The notes under the pieces: generated by a model
Database searches by the model: none
Told to the model about the DNA's origin: nothing
What the model saw: only the letters and a program-made list of their open reading frames with translations
Source: a virus
Lineage: Duplodnaviria; Caudoviricetes
IMG/VR virus record: IMGVR_UViG_3300032280_000504
Span: 1-50,170 of that record
Reading direction: 5' to 3' (one strand)
Length of the DNA: 50,170 nucleotides
Shown here: positions 35,152 through 45,956 of the stretch, in pieces
How the letters are laid out: each line of letters starts with the position of its first letter
Numbering within the stretch: position 1 is the stretch's first letter
Position numbers and translations under genes: made by a program

Positions 35152-37740
35152 TTAGGCGATTCTTATTGCTCCGCCTCTTAAAACAGAGCTACCAGTTATA
35201 TTAGCTCCGTTTGGCTGTGATTGAAGTTTTATAACCGTTGAGTCTGACGTTACGACAACATGAGCGGTATTCATCATTTGCAAGCTGTTGCCGCTGCTAT
35301 CCATAGATAAACCACTGTCGTAATGACCACCAATCAAAGATATTGTAGCCGCACCCGATGTAACAGTTAATTGATGCAAATTTCGCATACCTGATATTCC
35401 TGGAACGCCTGTTCCAGTAACACTTAAAAAATAAACTCCTTTATTTAGAGTTATTCCTTGCGTTGCACCGCCAACGTTTTGATAACCTGAGCCACTTGTT
35501 AATGTTGTTGATACACCAAGACTCCAATCTATTTTTTCACCAACATACCCAGTAGGCACCGCAGTGCCGCTTATATCGCCAACTATATTTCTAGCTGATA
35601 CTGGGAATCCTACGGCTGCTCCGCCAGAAATTTTTCTCACTCTCCAATAAAGACCCGCCGCTGTTCCAGCCCATACATCAATAACACCAGTCCTATATCT
35701 TCCAAAAAATACGCTCACCGTACTAGTAGTAGTATCTATTCCTATTCCTATAAAATTTGATCCGTCATATCTAAAATTATCTACTACTGCTCCAGCGACC
35801 GCCCCTCCTGGCTGCCTCCAGTTAATTCTGTCATCAGATATTTCTAATAAAATTGTATCTGTAGAAATAATCGGTGATCTAAATTGAACTCTTCTTGAAA
35901 TAAATGCCGTTATCGCACCTATTTGTGCTCCTTGAGGGCCATATCCAAAGCTAGTAGTATCGCTAGTTGTTGTGGATGTACTTGTATTAAACGCATACTC
36001 CTCAACCGCTCTATCTGCGAGGGTTGTGGTGCCGGAGGACCATTGTGATACTGGAACGCTTGCAAATATTTCTACATAATTATTTTGTCCAAGATCACTT
36101 TCACGAACTCTTATTTGTCCAGAAGCTTGAGTTAATAACAATCCGGATGTTGATGTTGACGATTCAAAAGAAACAGAAAATTTGCTATTTTGAACTAAAT
36201 TTGTTGAGTTTATATACAGAGTTGATACTCCGCATATATTTAAAATGGCTGAATCAGATACCGATGATGTATCTACGTTTAAACCGCTAGGCAAACCAAT
36301 AACTAACACGCTTGTTGATGGACTTGCGGTGGTTGTTTGAAAACGTCCATTTATTTCTACGTTTTGCCCAACACGTCTATATTTAAAGGAAATATTTGCT
36401 CCGCCAACCAAGTTGACAAATGTTGGAGTATAACTTTGCCACGCCGTAACCACCGCACCCTGTGCCAGCGACTGCGGACCTACAGTTAAGCTATCAATCC
36501 GGACTTGAGTGGACCCTGTGCGGCGACGCAGGCGAAGCGCATAGACGTCCGTTGCTGTGGAGCTAGGGATAAAAAACCCTTTAAACTGGGTTGTGCCTGT
36601 CGGCAATTGTGCTCCGGGAGTTCCAGTCATGCTGGACGCTGTACCGGCTACAGAGATCAATTCTGCAAACGTTCCAGTCGTTCCTGAGACGGTATATCTT
36701 GCGACAACGAGATCCCAGTCGTCGGCTGTCGTCACACCTGAGAGATCAAAGCTGATCGTCACAGGCTTGCCAAGATCAGACCCGTCGATGTTAAAGGCAG
36801 CCGTCTGAACAAACCTGGCACCTGACGCGCTCGCGCCTGAAAGTGCCGTCAAATAATTCGCCGATCCGCGCAAGAGAGTGCTTGTGCTTGCAGCAATTGC
36901 AGCTGCGCCAGATGTCGAATCAGCATACCACGCGCTTGTAACAGCCGTGGCAGATCCACTGACCACGATGTTTCCATTGGCAGCAACTGTCGATACCGTT
37001 CCAACTGGTTTCGTAGCGTCATACCAATCACTCAGATAATTGACGCCACCCGTTCCTGCGCCTGACCCAATCGAGGCCTCAGCCCCAGTGCTGTCCATCT
37101 TATAAAGCTTATTATCTGCTTTAGCGTAGACGCGCACGGTGCCAGCGGCGGCAGTGGCCGGGGTCGATGTCTGATTAAAGACGGAGAATGTATTAAAGAC
37201 GGGAGCCGCTAGGGTCTTATTGCTAAGCGTTTCAGCCGTGTCGAGGTCTGCCGGAACTTTCCACGCGGTGCCGTTGTAATAAACGACTTTCCCAAGGTCG
37301 GAGTCATAGACTTTCATGCCACTTGTGGGGCTTGCCAGGGCCGTGCGCTGTGCTGTCGTTAAAACCCGTTCTTGCATGGCGGCGTTATGAACCACCAACA
37401 CATAACCAGAAAATGGTCCGCCAGACGCTGGGGCCGTCACGTCAATCTTGGTTTTTTCAAAGCCTGTCGTCGCTGCTACCGTGAACGTTTGCGCTTGAGT
37501 CAAGTTCGGGTAGGTGCCTGTGTAGACCACTACTTTAAGGTCATCAAGCGAGACGCCAAAGCCATGCGTCACAGTCGTCGTAGCCGAGTTTGCGAGATCT
37601 GTAAAATCAACCCAGCGCCCGATGTCTTGATCTGAAAAAAGCTGGTAAATATTGTCAATCGAGGTCCAGAGGGAAGATCCACCGGCCGTGTTGAGCGCTG
37701 GATGTGAAATGCCTGATCTGTTGTTTCCCATGTCTACCAA
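35152..37740 (-). CDS. Tail fibre / receptor-binding protein
   Basis: 862 aa, T/S/G-rich; LTTAQRTALASPTSGMKVYD, ETLSNKTL and WQSYTPT fibre motifs; last gene of the tail module. Confidence 0.8.
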   Translation of the reverse strand: MVDMGNNRSGISHPALNTAGGSSLWTSIDNIYQLFSDQDIGRWVDFTDLANSATTTVTHGFGVSLDDLKVVVYTGTYPNLTQAQTFTVAATTGFEKTKIDVTAPASGGPFSGYVLVVHNAAMQERVLTTAQRTALASPTSGMKVYDSDLGKVVYYNGTAWKVPADLDTAETLSNKTLAAPVFNTFSVFNQTSTPATAAAGTVRVYAKADNKLYKMDSTGAEASIGSGAGTGGVNYLSDWYDATKPVGTVSTVAANGNIVVSGSATAVTSAWYADSTSGAAAIAASTSTLLRGSANYLTALSGASASGARFVQTAAFNIDGSDLGKPVTISFDLSGVTTADDWDLVVARYTVSGTTGTFAELISVAGTASSMTGTPGAQLPTGTTQFKGFFIPSSTATDVYALRLRRRTGSTQVRIDSLTVGPQSLAQGAVVTAWQSYTPTFVNLVGGANISFKYRRVGQNVEINGRFQTTTASPSTSVLVIGLPSGLNVDTSSVSDSAILNICGVSTLYINSTNLVQNSKFSVSFESSTSTSGLLLTQASGQIRVRESDLGQNNYVEIFASVPVSQWSSGTTTLADRAVEEYAFNTSTSTTTSDTTSFGYGPQGAQIGAITAFISRRVQFRSPIISTDTILLEISDDRINWRQPGGAVAGAVVDNFRYDGSNFIGIGIDTTTSTVSVFFGRYRTGVIDVWAGTAAGLYWRVRKISGGAAVGFPVSARNIVGDISGTAVPTGYVGEKIDWSLGVSTTLTSGSGYQNVGGATQGITLNKGVYFLSVTGTGVPGISGMRNLHQLTVTSGAATISLIGGHYDSGLSMDSSGNSLQMMNTAHVVVTSDSTVIKLQSQPNGANITGSSVLRGGAIRIA

Positions 37741-37746
37741 CTCCTG

Positions 37747-38139
37747 TCAGTAACTTGCATAGTTATATTTTTGATCCTCAGCCGTTCTTGCATCCTGCGT
37801 AACGCGACCTGAGGCGAAAACCGTGACTTCATCGTATCGGCTTAAAAGCTTCATTCCAACGACATTTTGCTGCGTCACACCGCCGCCGAATGGACTAAAG
37901 TGAGCTTCGGCCACCCACTGAAAATTGCAGAAATCATCCCCTGGACAAACAGCGAGGATCTTATCTTCTCGGCTCACCGAATGACGCCCCTCGATCATTG
38001 CAAAAGCTAGATTGGCCTTTGTTTGGAAGGCCGCCATGTCGACAGGAGACTTCCCAGGATGAGACCACATGCCGTACTTTGGGGCTTTACCGTCGGCGTA
38101 TTCAAAACGCCAACGCAGTAAATAAAATCCGTCTGTCAT
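37747..38139 (-). CDS. Tail-associated hypothetical protein
   Basis: Located in the tail operon. Confidence 0.6.
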   Translation of the reverse strand: MTDGFYLLRWRFEYADGKAPKYGMWSHPGKSPVDMAAFQTKANLAFAMIEGRHSVSREDKILAVCPGDDFCNFQWVAEAHFSPFGGGVTQQNVVGMKLLSRYDEVTVFASGRVTQDARTAEDQKYNYASY

Positions 38140-38153
38140 CTAAAACCCTTACA

Positions 38154-38831
38154 TCATGCAGTGTATGAGTAGCTTACAATGAGTCCAGCCTGCAAAAATC
38201 CGCCGTCCGTTGCGGCGCTGTTGAGGTAAAAGCGAGACTTCAAATGCCCACAGTTTCCAAGCACGGAGTCCGTAGACTTTCCAATCTTGCCAGCCACCGG
38301 AGCACTGGCGTCAACCTCGGCCGTGCCGTTGTAGTAGCTCATTGCATCGGCATGGAGAGTAAACGCTTTGGCGCTGTCTTCTCCGGTGAGTCCACCAGCA
38401 TAAGATTTTCCAAAAATTCTTTTTTGTCCCGTGGTCTCACGCGTGTAGTCAAACTGGTTGGCCGATGAAACCTGCCAGTCCATGTCAATCTGAAGGCCTT
38501 GGCTATTACCGTCGCTATTGTTTTTAGTGGCTCCGGTATCAGCAGCGCCGTAGGCAAGGAGCTTGGTTAAATCCGCTGACGCTGAGTTGGCTCCGCCGTA
38601 ACTGCCAGTGTACTGAGCTACGTAAAATTTGAGGCCCGTAATGGGGTCAATCGTTGCATCGTGGCTAATGAAGATGTCCATCGCACCGGTATTTGCCGTC
38701 TGCGATATGATCGGCGAATAAGAACCGTTGGCAACCTGACCAAAGTCAATGCCAGTCGATCCACCCGCCAGGGCGTCCGAGGCTTCTGAACCTGTTATTG
38801 TTGTGTTGGACACGGTTAAATTAACGGCCAT
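38154..38831 (-). CDS. Tail structural protein (beta-rich)
   Basis: S/T/G/A-rich, ends YSYTA; AGGAG RBS. Confidence 0.65.
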   Translation of the reverse strand: MAVNLTVSNTTITGSEASDALAGGSTGIDFGQVANGSYSPIISQTANTGAMDIFISHDATIDPITGLKFYVAQYTGSYGGANSASADLTKLLAYGAADTGATKNNSDGNSQGLQIDMDWQVSSANQFDYTRETTGQKRIFGKSYAGGLTGEDSAKAFTLHADAMSYYNGTAEVDASAPVAGKIGKSTDSVLGNCGHLKSRFYLNSAATDGGFLQAGLIVSYSYTA

Positions 38832-38879
38832 GGGCAGATCTCCTTCCTAGAGACATTGAGAGCAACATCCTGTCGCCCT

Positions 38880-40652
38880 TTATTCTTCAGTTATCGTCGC
38901 CTGGTAGCCCCCGACGGTTCCTGCATATTCAGGATTGTATCCAGGAAAAGGCAGCAATGCCAAGAGCCATCCTTTGATCGGTATCGTAATCCCCGCCGGG
39001 TTATAGCTAATCTGACGAAGCATTACAGGTACGTCGGTCATGACGGTCCCACCGATGTCGACCGTCATTTTCGCAAAGTCCCCAAGCTCCCGCAACATTG
39101 ACCGCCATGTGAGGGTGACCTCGACATCTTCGTGAAGGCTTGACGACATGCGCAGGATCTCGATGAGCTGGTATTTGACATCAGCCTCGACGTAGAGATT
39201 GGGAAAATCCACCTCCTTAGAGATGACCTTGCCTCCGAGCTGATTAATTGAAGCCTGGTTTTTATGGACGGGAGTGGTAAAGCCAAGCTCCCCGCGGTTT
39301 GGACGGTAATCGTAAAAGGCCTGGGCCCGGTTAAAGTTATTGATCTCTGACAAGGACGGCTTAAAGGTGCCCTGGACGACGTCCCAATTCGATATCTTGT
39401 TGCTGGTCGTCGCCGTAAACTCCTCAAAATGCATGGCGTGAAGGCTCATTTTCTGCGACCGATTTATAAATGCCTCTAGGCGCACCTGTTCAAGCATCGA
39501 AAGCGCGTACTCGATGACGCTCTGCTGCTTTTCAATCCACGCCCTAGCCTTGATGTTCTTTACCGCACTCTTCGCAGGGTAGGATTTATTGCGGTAAGTG
39601 GTCCACGTACTGTCAAAAGCAGTATTTTCATCAAGGCCACCAAACGTGACCAAAATATCTTTGGCCTGGGATACGATATTGTCCGAATGAGTGCCGAGGT
39701 CTTTACCCCTGCATCGCACATAAAACAAATCACTGGTTGAAAATAGGAACTTTTCGGTCGTGGCGTCGTCTTTAACGACCCAAGTCGGACCGTTTTGCTT
39801 CACCTTAAATGATTTATTTCCAGATCCGATATCGATGATCTCCGAGGGAGGAACGAGGCTCCACGTGTCGCCGCGCTTCATCCAAACGTTTCCCGTATCA
39901 AGATAGGCCAGGTCGTTATAACTGATGATGCACTGCACCGCTTGGCGCTCTTCGTCGGTCACGGGAGTCGACGCTGCCGATGAACCAGAATACTCTTGTC
40001 CGCCGTTGACAAAGCGATTGGCGCCGTTGACTGGATAGGCCGGGATGACGGCAGGGTCTGGGTCCAGGCTTACCGTATAGTCGCCGTAGATGACCGGGAT
40101 CATCTTGCCCACTTGGCGGTCTTCCAGATCAGGATAAGCAGTCCTGGTAAAAGCCGCGCTTGGAAACTTGGAGTCGAGGACGTAAAAGTTATCACGGGCT
40201 AGGAACGTGATGGACTTGGTCGACCGTTTCATGCCGCCAATATCGGTAATTTTTCCAGAGAAAATTGACGTGTATGTCGACTCTTGCTCGGCAAGGCCAA
40301 TTTTGACGGTGATGGCGCGATTGATAAACCCGCCGTAATTGTCGCCTCCCGGAAGGTATTGATTAAACTTTCCGTCCACGTTTGACACTTCTATATTAAG
40401 GGTTGAAAATTCAAGTTTACTGTCCAGCCACTCCCCTAGCGTTCGTTTGATCGTTGGAAATTGGACCCTGGCCTCATAAAAGTTACTCCCTACGTACTTG
40501 TTGCGATCACTGACGCGGATAGTCGAACCGTCTGGGGCCTCGATGTCGCAGATCATCTCAATCCTGGTCTCAAGGTTATCGTGACACCAGTCCAAGAGTG
40601 CTTGGTCTAGGGCCGAAGCCGTCAAATATTTTCGCCTGTCGCGCCCACTCAT
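38880..40652 (-). CDS. Tail tip/hub protein
   Basis: 590 aa, two genes after the tape measure; GKMIPVIYGD motif seen in tail-tip proteins. Confidence 0.7.
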   Translation of the reverse strand: MSGRDRRKYLTASALDQALLDWCHDNLETRIEMICDIEAPDGSTIRVSDRNKYVGSNFYEARVQFPTIKRTLGEWLDSKLEFSTLNIEVSNVDGKFNQYLPGGDNYGGFINRAITVKIGLAEQESTYTSIFSGKITDIGGMKRSTKSITFLARDNFYVLDSKFPSAAFTRTAYPDLEDRQVGKMIPVIYGDYTVSLDPDPAVIPAYPVNGANRFVNGGQEYSGSSAASTPVTDEERQAVQCIISYNDLAYLDTGNVWMKRGDTWSLVPPSEIIDIGSGNKSFKVKQNGPTWVVKDDATTEKFLFSTSDLFYVRCRGKDLGTHSDNIVSQAKDILVTFGGLDENTAFDSTWTTYRNKSYPAKSAVKNIKARAWIEKQQSVIEYALSMLEQVRLEAFINRSQKMSLHAMHFEEFTATTSNKISNWDVVQGTFKPSLSEINNFNRAQAFYDYRPNRGELGFTTPVHKNQASINQLGGKVISKEVDFPNLYVEADVKYQLIEILRMSSSLHEDVEVTLTWRSMLRELGDFAKMTVDIGGTVMTDVPVMLRQISYNPAGITIPIKGWLLALLPFPGYNPEYAGTVGGYQATITEE

Positions 40653-42067
40653 AACGACTCGTCCACGTCGACGTTGAAAGATACATAGTCAGCCGTCGGT
40701 CCTAGGGCATTGTGCTGCTCTTCAGGGATGGCCGCCAGCTTTCCGAAGACTGCAAAGCGTTCAGCGTACTCTGGCGTCGGGATCCAAAGGCATTTTAAAG
40801 AGGTCCTCGCCGTGTCAAAGATACGCCGCAGGTTCGTGTAGTCCGTACCGTCGTAGGCAATAGATCTAAACTCAACGCCAAGGCCGTACTTGATGGCTCT
40901 GTCATTGGAGACATTGGTGAAGCCTTCTGTTTGGACTTTATCCGAAAAGTGCTTGGTCGAGCGACGGACGCTATCGGTGATGTCGTTAGCCACCATCAAG
41001 ATGGAGCTTCCAAAGACGATCGAGCCAATCTGTAGGTATGGATTGGTGTTGGTCGTGTCGGCAATATAAAACCGCCAGTACTTGTAAGCCACCGTCGGAG
41101 CTGTAGGGGCGACCCAGTAGATATTGGCCGTCCTGTTAGTTTCGATGAAAAAACTTTGATAAACGGCAAACGATGGAGAATTTGACGCCTGAACCTCAAT
41201 CGTCGCGGACCTAGTGAGGTTATGGCCGAGGACCGCAATCGTATCGACAAAGACGCCTTGAGACACCTGCGTGTCGCACGTCAAGGCCACGATCTTAGAA
41301 CCACCAGGCTCTGAACGCCAACACTGCTCGACAATATCCGTATTGAGGTTATTGGCCGAGAAGTCACCCGCAGCCGTGGTAGATGCCGTCCAATTGCTTC
41401 CCGTGGTTCCCCTCGAGGCAAAGTCTAAAAGCACGCGCAGGCGCTTTGTATTGTAGAGGATACGGTTAACCTGATAGAGGATCGCCTTAAACTGGATGCG
41501 GTTAACCTGAAAGCCGACTGGATGGCCCGAGTCGATGCGCTGCTGAACTTGAAATTTTTTGGTTTTTGTAACGTCGGTAATGACTCGGTCTATTTCAAAC
41601 TGGTACGTCTTGCCCTTGGTTAAAAGAGACTTCACCTGAAACGGCACCCAAGCCATCACGCCATTGGACATGTAGGTATCAGATAGATAGGCGCTGGCTA
41701 AATAGAACCGATCGGCATTGATCGTATGCAATATGCGCCCACGCTTAGCCGAGAATTTTACGACTCGTGGCTTAATCGGTGAAAATGAAATCTGAAATAG
41801 CTTTGACTTAGCTGCGCCATTGATGACGCGGTTTATATTAAACAGTCTTAACGCATTTTTTGTAACGACTCTCAAAACCTGGAACGTCCTGACTACGGGA
41901 GCTGCGAGCGTGATCAAGCGAGCGATCTGAAATCTGTTATCGTGCGTGGCGCCATTGATAACTCGAAGCACCTGCACGTTTTGAGCGTTAAGAGCATCAG
42001 CCCCCAGGTAGCTTTCGCGGTTTAAATAGGCACCATTCAAATAGCCCTTGTCTAAGATGAGGCTCAA
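40649..42067 (-). CDS. Distal tail protein with C-terminal galactose-binding/discoidin-like domain
   Basis: Follows the tape measure; WTASTTAAGDFSANNL...WRS, LGHNL and YKYWRFYI motifs. Confidence 0.65.
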   Translation of the reverse strand: MSLILDKGYLNGAYLNRESYLGADALNAQNVQVLRVINGATHDNRFQIARLITLAAPVVRTFQVLRVVTKNALRLFNINRVINGAAKSKLFQISFSPIKPRVVKFSAKRGRILHTINADRFYLASAYLSDTYMSNGVMAWVPFQVKSLLTKGKTYQFEIDRVITDVTKTKKFQVQQRIDSGHPVGFQVNRIQFKAILYQVNRILYNTKRLRVLLDFASRGTTGSNWTASTTAAGDFSANNLNTDIVEQCWRSEPGGSKIVALTCDTQVSQGVFVDTIAVLGHNLTRSATIEVQASNSPSFAVYQSFFIETNRTANIYWVAPTAPTVAYKYWRFYIADTTNTNPYLQIGSIVFGSSILMVANDITDSVRRSTKHFSDKVQTEGFTNVSNDRAIKYGLGVEFRSIAYDGTDYTNLRRIFDTARTSLKCLWIPTPEYAERFAVFGKLAAIPEEQHNALGPTADYVSFNVDVDESL

Positions 42068-44979
42068 CGGACACCCCCTGTGCTCAAGAGGCGCTCGCCG
42101 TCTAACGAGGAGCGACGCAGCTCATCTTTAATAACTGACATCAGACGATTTCTAATAAACGCCTCGTCCACGTTCCCTTTAGAGTCGATCTTGATGTTGA
42201 ATTCATTGTTATAGACAGCAGACGATGCCGGTGATTTACCAGCATTGATGTTTCGCATGGCGTCTAGGCCAAGGTTTTTTACCGCACCCGCCGACATGAC
42301 AAATTCACCAGGCGATAGCATGGCCGGGATGGTGTCGGTTCCCACTGGGTTCATAAGCATTCCGGTCGAGGCGTAAACAGGTCCTCCTAATGAAAATATT
42401 TTTTTCTTTCCAGTGAAAACATCGCCGACGTTTTTAGCTCCCTCTGAGATGACTCCTGAACCACCGCCTTTTCCACCGGACGGGCTCCACCCCATCAACT
42501 TATTTATGGCGTCTATAAATGGAGAAAACACCGACTGAAGTGTATCGACGGCTTGCTTAAATAAATCGCCAATGGGTTTTAATATTTCTACGGCCCCCTT
42601 GAACGCGTTAACAAATAGATCAAAAACTGGCTTGATCAAATCAACAATGTTGCTGAATATTTTACCTAGACCGTTGAAGATGTTATTAATCCCATCGGTA
42701 AACCAGCTAAATACTGCTTTAAACGCGTTGACAATAGGCATGATAAGCATGTCGTAGATCCATCTCCACGCTTTCACAAGTTGATCGATGGCCCACTGCA
42801 TGCCGTCTTTGATTGACTGAGCGAATTGATCTGATTGCGTCTTAGCGCTATCTAAAATTCCAGACGTCAAATCCTTGACGTTGAAAAGGTCTGACGATGC
42901 TCCGGTCAATTTCTTTATGTCATCGCCAATCCCGCTAAATTTCGGCATCTCGATCTTTGGTTTAAACGTTCCTCCAAAAATTTTTCCTAACTCTTTAAAT
43001 CCAGTGACTAGGCCGTTTATAAAAGCCTTCCAAATGGCAGGCATTGCTTTTACAAAACCTACGATAATCTTTGGAATTCCAAAAACGATAAATTGAATCA
43101 AAGAGACAACTATTTTTGGGATTGATGTTAAAAATCCGTTGACGAATGTCATCACAATTTCAGGTATTGAATCCATAAATCCAGTCAAAAGATCCGGAAG
43201 CGAGTCAATCAAACCAGAAATCGCATTGGGAAGGCCTACAACCAAAAACTTTATAAAAGACGAAACAAGCTTAGGCACGTCTTTGATGATGTTTGGAATA
43301 AAATTAGTTATCAAATTTAAAATGGAATCCAAAATTTTCCCAAAACTAGACAGTATTTTGTTTGGAAGATCCGTCAGCGAGTTAAATAAGTTTGCAATCT
43401 TGTCTAAAAGGCCAGGGATAAAATCAACCACCGCCTGGGCCGCACCTACAAAAGCATCAACCGCACCAAGCATGCCTGTCACCATGCCCATGGTCCCGGT
43501 TTGAAAGGCCTTGGTAATATCGTTGGTCATCGATTTTCCGGCAATGATGGCCTGCTCATACTCTTGCCCAGGGGCCTGTTCTTTTTTTGAATCGATATCT
43601 TCCCCGGCAGCTTTACGCTGATCCTCAAGAGCCGCTATTAGATCTGCACCTTGTTTTTTTGAATATTTACCTGCTTCAATATTGGCTTGTATTTCTTTTT
43701 CCTTGGCATCGATGACTTTATTAATCATCTGGAGCTGTTCGTCCAGTATCTCAAGCTGAGTCATTCCTGACTCACGAGCAGATAATTTAAGCTCGTCTGT
43801 TTTCTTTTGAATTTCGCTTAAAGCTTTTTGGTACTCAGCTGCCTGGGCGGTTATTTTTGGATCTACGGGGCTTGCGATTGGTTTGCGTTTTGGACCTTCT
43901 TCAGACGGTTTTCCCTCTGTTTTAGGTGATGCTTTAAACGAAAATAAATCTTTTGACGCCTCAACCATAATGGCGGCAGATTCTTTTGCCTTTTGCGTCA
44001 TTTTGTCTGCAAAGTCTTTAAACCCAACTGCCTCAGACAGTCCGGCCAAACTACCTGTAATTGTCATAACAATGCCTGAAACAGCCGCAATAACCAGAGA
44101 AGCAACTCGTTCAAAGAAATCTATTATTGATTTTCCAATTTCTACGAGTTCATCGTGATATTCTTGCACAAGGTTTTTTGCTGACGTGAGAACTTCGCCT
44201 ATAACGTTTTGTCCTTTTCCAATGCTAAAAATATCTGCCACGACAGAACCAATAGCTTTTTGCAAATCCTCGAGTGCAACGGCGTTCTTTTTCATGGTGA
44301 CGCTAAAGCTATCGGCGTTGGCCTCAGCAAATCCTGACATCCTCTCAGCAAAATAGTCAGCCGCTTTTCCAGCCTTGGCTTGCTCTTCGGTAAAGTTTTT
44401 TATAACGGGTATATAGGCTGCCAGAGACCTTGTGTTTCCGCGCAAGGATGCCGTGATGTCGTTAAAAGCCGTCAGCATATCGACGCCTGTTGCCGCTGAA
44501 GCATCCGCAGCCGCCCTGATGTATCGGTCAATCTGATCTGTATTAAGCCCCATGGTCACACCAAGGCGCGCCATGTCTTGAACGGTTTCATCTTGTACGC
44601 CAGTGAGGTTTGTCATTTCTTCGGCAAGATTTTTAAAATGCTCTGTCGTCGAGCGAACCGATGTACTACCCATCAACCTTAAAGCATTGCTCAAGCGTTT
44701 GGTGTGCTCTTCACCCTCAAGAAATTTAAAAACAGTCGAATCTAAAACCTTTTTGACGGTTTCAAATGCTTTCTTGGCGAGCTCTAAACTCTGGTTGAGG
44801 TACATGGCCGTCATACCAAAGCCGTTGACGGTTTTTTCGGTGTTGAGTGCCGCCTTGTTTAACTGGTCAAACTTTGACGACAGGTCAATTATCGACTTAT
44901 TAAGCGCAGAGATGCTGGCCGTCGCATTGGCCGTGTCGGCTTGTATCTTAATTAAGAGGTCATCTTTTGAGACAGCCAT
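42064..44979 (-). CDS. Tail tape measure protein
   Basis: 971 aa, helical and amphipathic; C-terminal GTDTIPAMLSPGEFVM motif; follows the chaperone genes. Confidence 0.9.
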   Translation of the reverse strand: MAVSKDDLLIKIQADTANATASISALNKSIIDLSSKFDQLNKAALNTEKTVNGFGMTAMYLNQSLELAKKAFETVKKVLDSTVFKFLEGEEHTKRLSNALRLMGSTSVRSTTEHFKNLAEEMTNLTGVQDETVQDMARLGVTMGLNTDQIDRYIRAAADASAATGVDMLTAFNDITASLRGNTRSLAAYIPVIKNFTEEQAKAGKAADYFAERMSGFAEANADSFSVTMKKNAVALEDLQKAIGSVVADIFSIGKGQNVIGEVLTSAKNLVQEYHDELVEIGKSIIDFFERVASLVIAAVSGIVMTITGSLAGLSEAVGFKDFADKMTQKAKESAAIMVEASKDLFSFKASPKTEGKPSEEGPKRKPIASPVDPKITAQAAEYQKALSEIQKKTDELKLSARESGMTQLEILDEQLQMINKVIDAKEKEIQANIEAGKYSKKQGADLIAALEDQRKAAGEDIDSKKEQAPGQEYEQAIIAGKSMTNDITKAFQTGTMGMVTGMLGAVDAFVGAAQAVVDFIPGLLDKIANLFNSLTDLPNKILSSFGKILDSILNLITNFIPNIIKDVPKLVSSFIKFLVVGLPNAISGLIDSLPDLLTGFMDSIPEIVMTFVNGFLTSIPKIVVSLIQFIVFGIPKIIVGFVKAMPAIWKAFINGLVTGFKELGKIFGGTFKPKIEMPKFSGIGDDIKKLTGASSDLFNVKDLTSGILDSAKTQSDQFAQSIKDGMQWAIDQLVKAWRWIYDMLIMPIVNAFKAVFSWFTDGINNIFNGLGKIFSNIVDLIKPVFDLFVNAFKGAVEILKPIGDLFKQAVDTLQSVFSPFIDAINKLMGWSPSGGKGGGSGVISEGAKNVGDVFTGKKKIFSLGGPVYASTGMLMNPVGTDTIPAMLSPGEFVMSAGAVKNLGLDAMRNINAGKSPASSAVYNNEFNIKIDSKGNVDEAFIRNRLMSVIKDELRRSSLDGERLLSTGGVR

Positions 44980-45419
44980 CAGTGGCCTCCGAGCTTGGTT
45001 CCGTCACCTAAAAACGCGTTGGCAATCGCCGCAAGCTTGCGCTGCTTGTAGAGGGGCACAAACCACGATGCCAGTTCAATGAACCAGTCCGGTTGATCCG
45101 TCAGGCCACCCGCCTCGTACATTGTGCCAGTTTCAGCCGCAAGCACCAAAATACGGAACAAACCCATCGCTTCTTGATCCCACGAGGCTTTGGCCGGACA
45201 AAAACCAAACTGCGTGCCGCCTGGGCTGATCACCATAGGCCACACCGAGCCGTCAGCTTCGGTAAAATCATCGCGGTCCTCACGGCATCGCCTTAACGTC
45301 TGGACGCGCTCCGGGCAATTGGCGCAGTTAAAAGACCGCCCCTCTTTTTTAAGCCTCCCGTGGTCAGCCGTGGAAAGCTCAAGAAGGGCGATGATCTTTT
45401 CAGTTATGGATTTTTTTTT
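44979..45419 (-). CDS. Tail assembly chaperone frameshift extension (gpGT-like)
   Basis: The -1 frame is open from the A9 run (45411-45419) to 44979; contains CANC...C...FCP. Confidence 0.75.
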   Translation of the reverse strand, partial: KKKSITEKIIALLELSTADHGRLKKEGRSFNCANCPERVQTLRRCREDRDDFTEADGSVWPMVISPGGTQFGFCPAKASWDQEAMGLFRILVLAAETGTMYEAGGLTDQPDWFIELASWFVPLYKQRKLAAIANAFLGDGTKLGGH

Positions 45420-45859
45420 GCCGTCTCACGAGATTTTTTGGCCGTAAACAAGTTCATAGCTACGCCGCAGCCGACGAGCTGGGCCATAAGGTCTTTGCTT
45501 GCGCCGCCGTCGCCGTCTCGTTCAAATTTGATCTGCTTATCCGCAGGCAACGACGCAGGGTTTTTAATGCCTACGAGAGAGCACCGCACCTCTTCAGCGA
45601 TAAAGGTCATCGAAACATTCACCTCGCCGCCTCCGGTCATTTTAACCATCTCAGACTGGACTTTTTGCGACAGGTTATAGGGAAGCACTTTGCGCAGCGT
45701 AAACCTTGTCGGCTCTTCGCCATCGGTAAAGATCAGGTGAGACTCGTCGCCCGTCTCCAGGTACTTGTCGTAGGAGTCTTCTCCAGTTTTTGCAATGGCC
45801 GAGTCGATGCGCGCGATAACGTCGATGGTTTCAGACAGGGATGGGAGTTGTAGTGCCAT
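45404..45859 (-). CDS. Tail assembly chaperone (gpG-like)
   Basis: Lies between the tail tube and tape measure genes; ends GCA AAA AAA AAT CCA TAA. Confidence 0.8.
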   Translation of the reverse strand: MALQLPSLSETIDVIARIDSAIAKTGEDSYDKYLETGDESHLIFTDGEEPTRFTLRKVLPYNLSQKVQSEMVKMTGGGEVNVSMTFIAEEVRCSLVGIKNPASLPADKQIKFERDGDGGASKDLMAQLVGCGVAMNLFTAKKSRETAKKNP

Positions 45860-45903
45860 GTTTTTTCCTTCCTAGAAAAAAATGAACCTTGATTTGAAAT
45901 CAA

Positions 45904-45928
45904 TAAGCCCCAGCAAGGCCAGGGCTTA
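45904..45928 (-). terminator. Hairpin terminator after the major tail gene
   Basis: taagccc...gggctta stem. Confidence 0.55.
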
Positions 45929-45956
45929 AAGATGGTTAAGACGAGGGGTGCTTGTC

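Noticed and set aside
35152-37740. Diversity-generating retroelement or invertible tail-fibre cassette
   Set aside because: No reverse transcriptase, no template/variable repeat pair and no invertase or inverted crossover sites seen.
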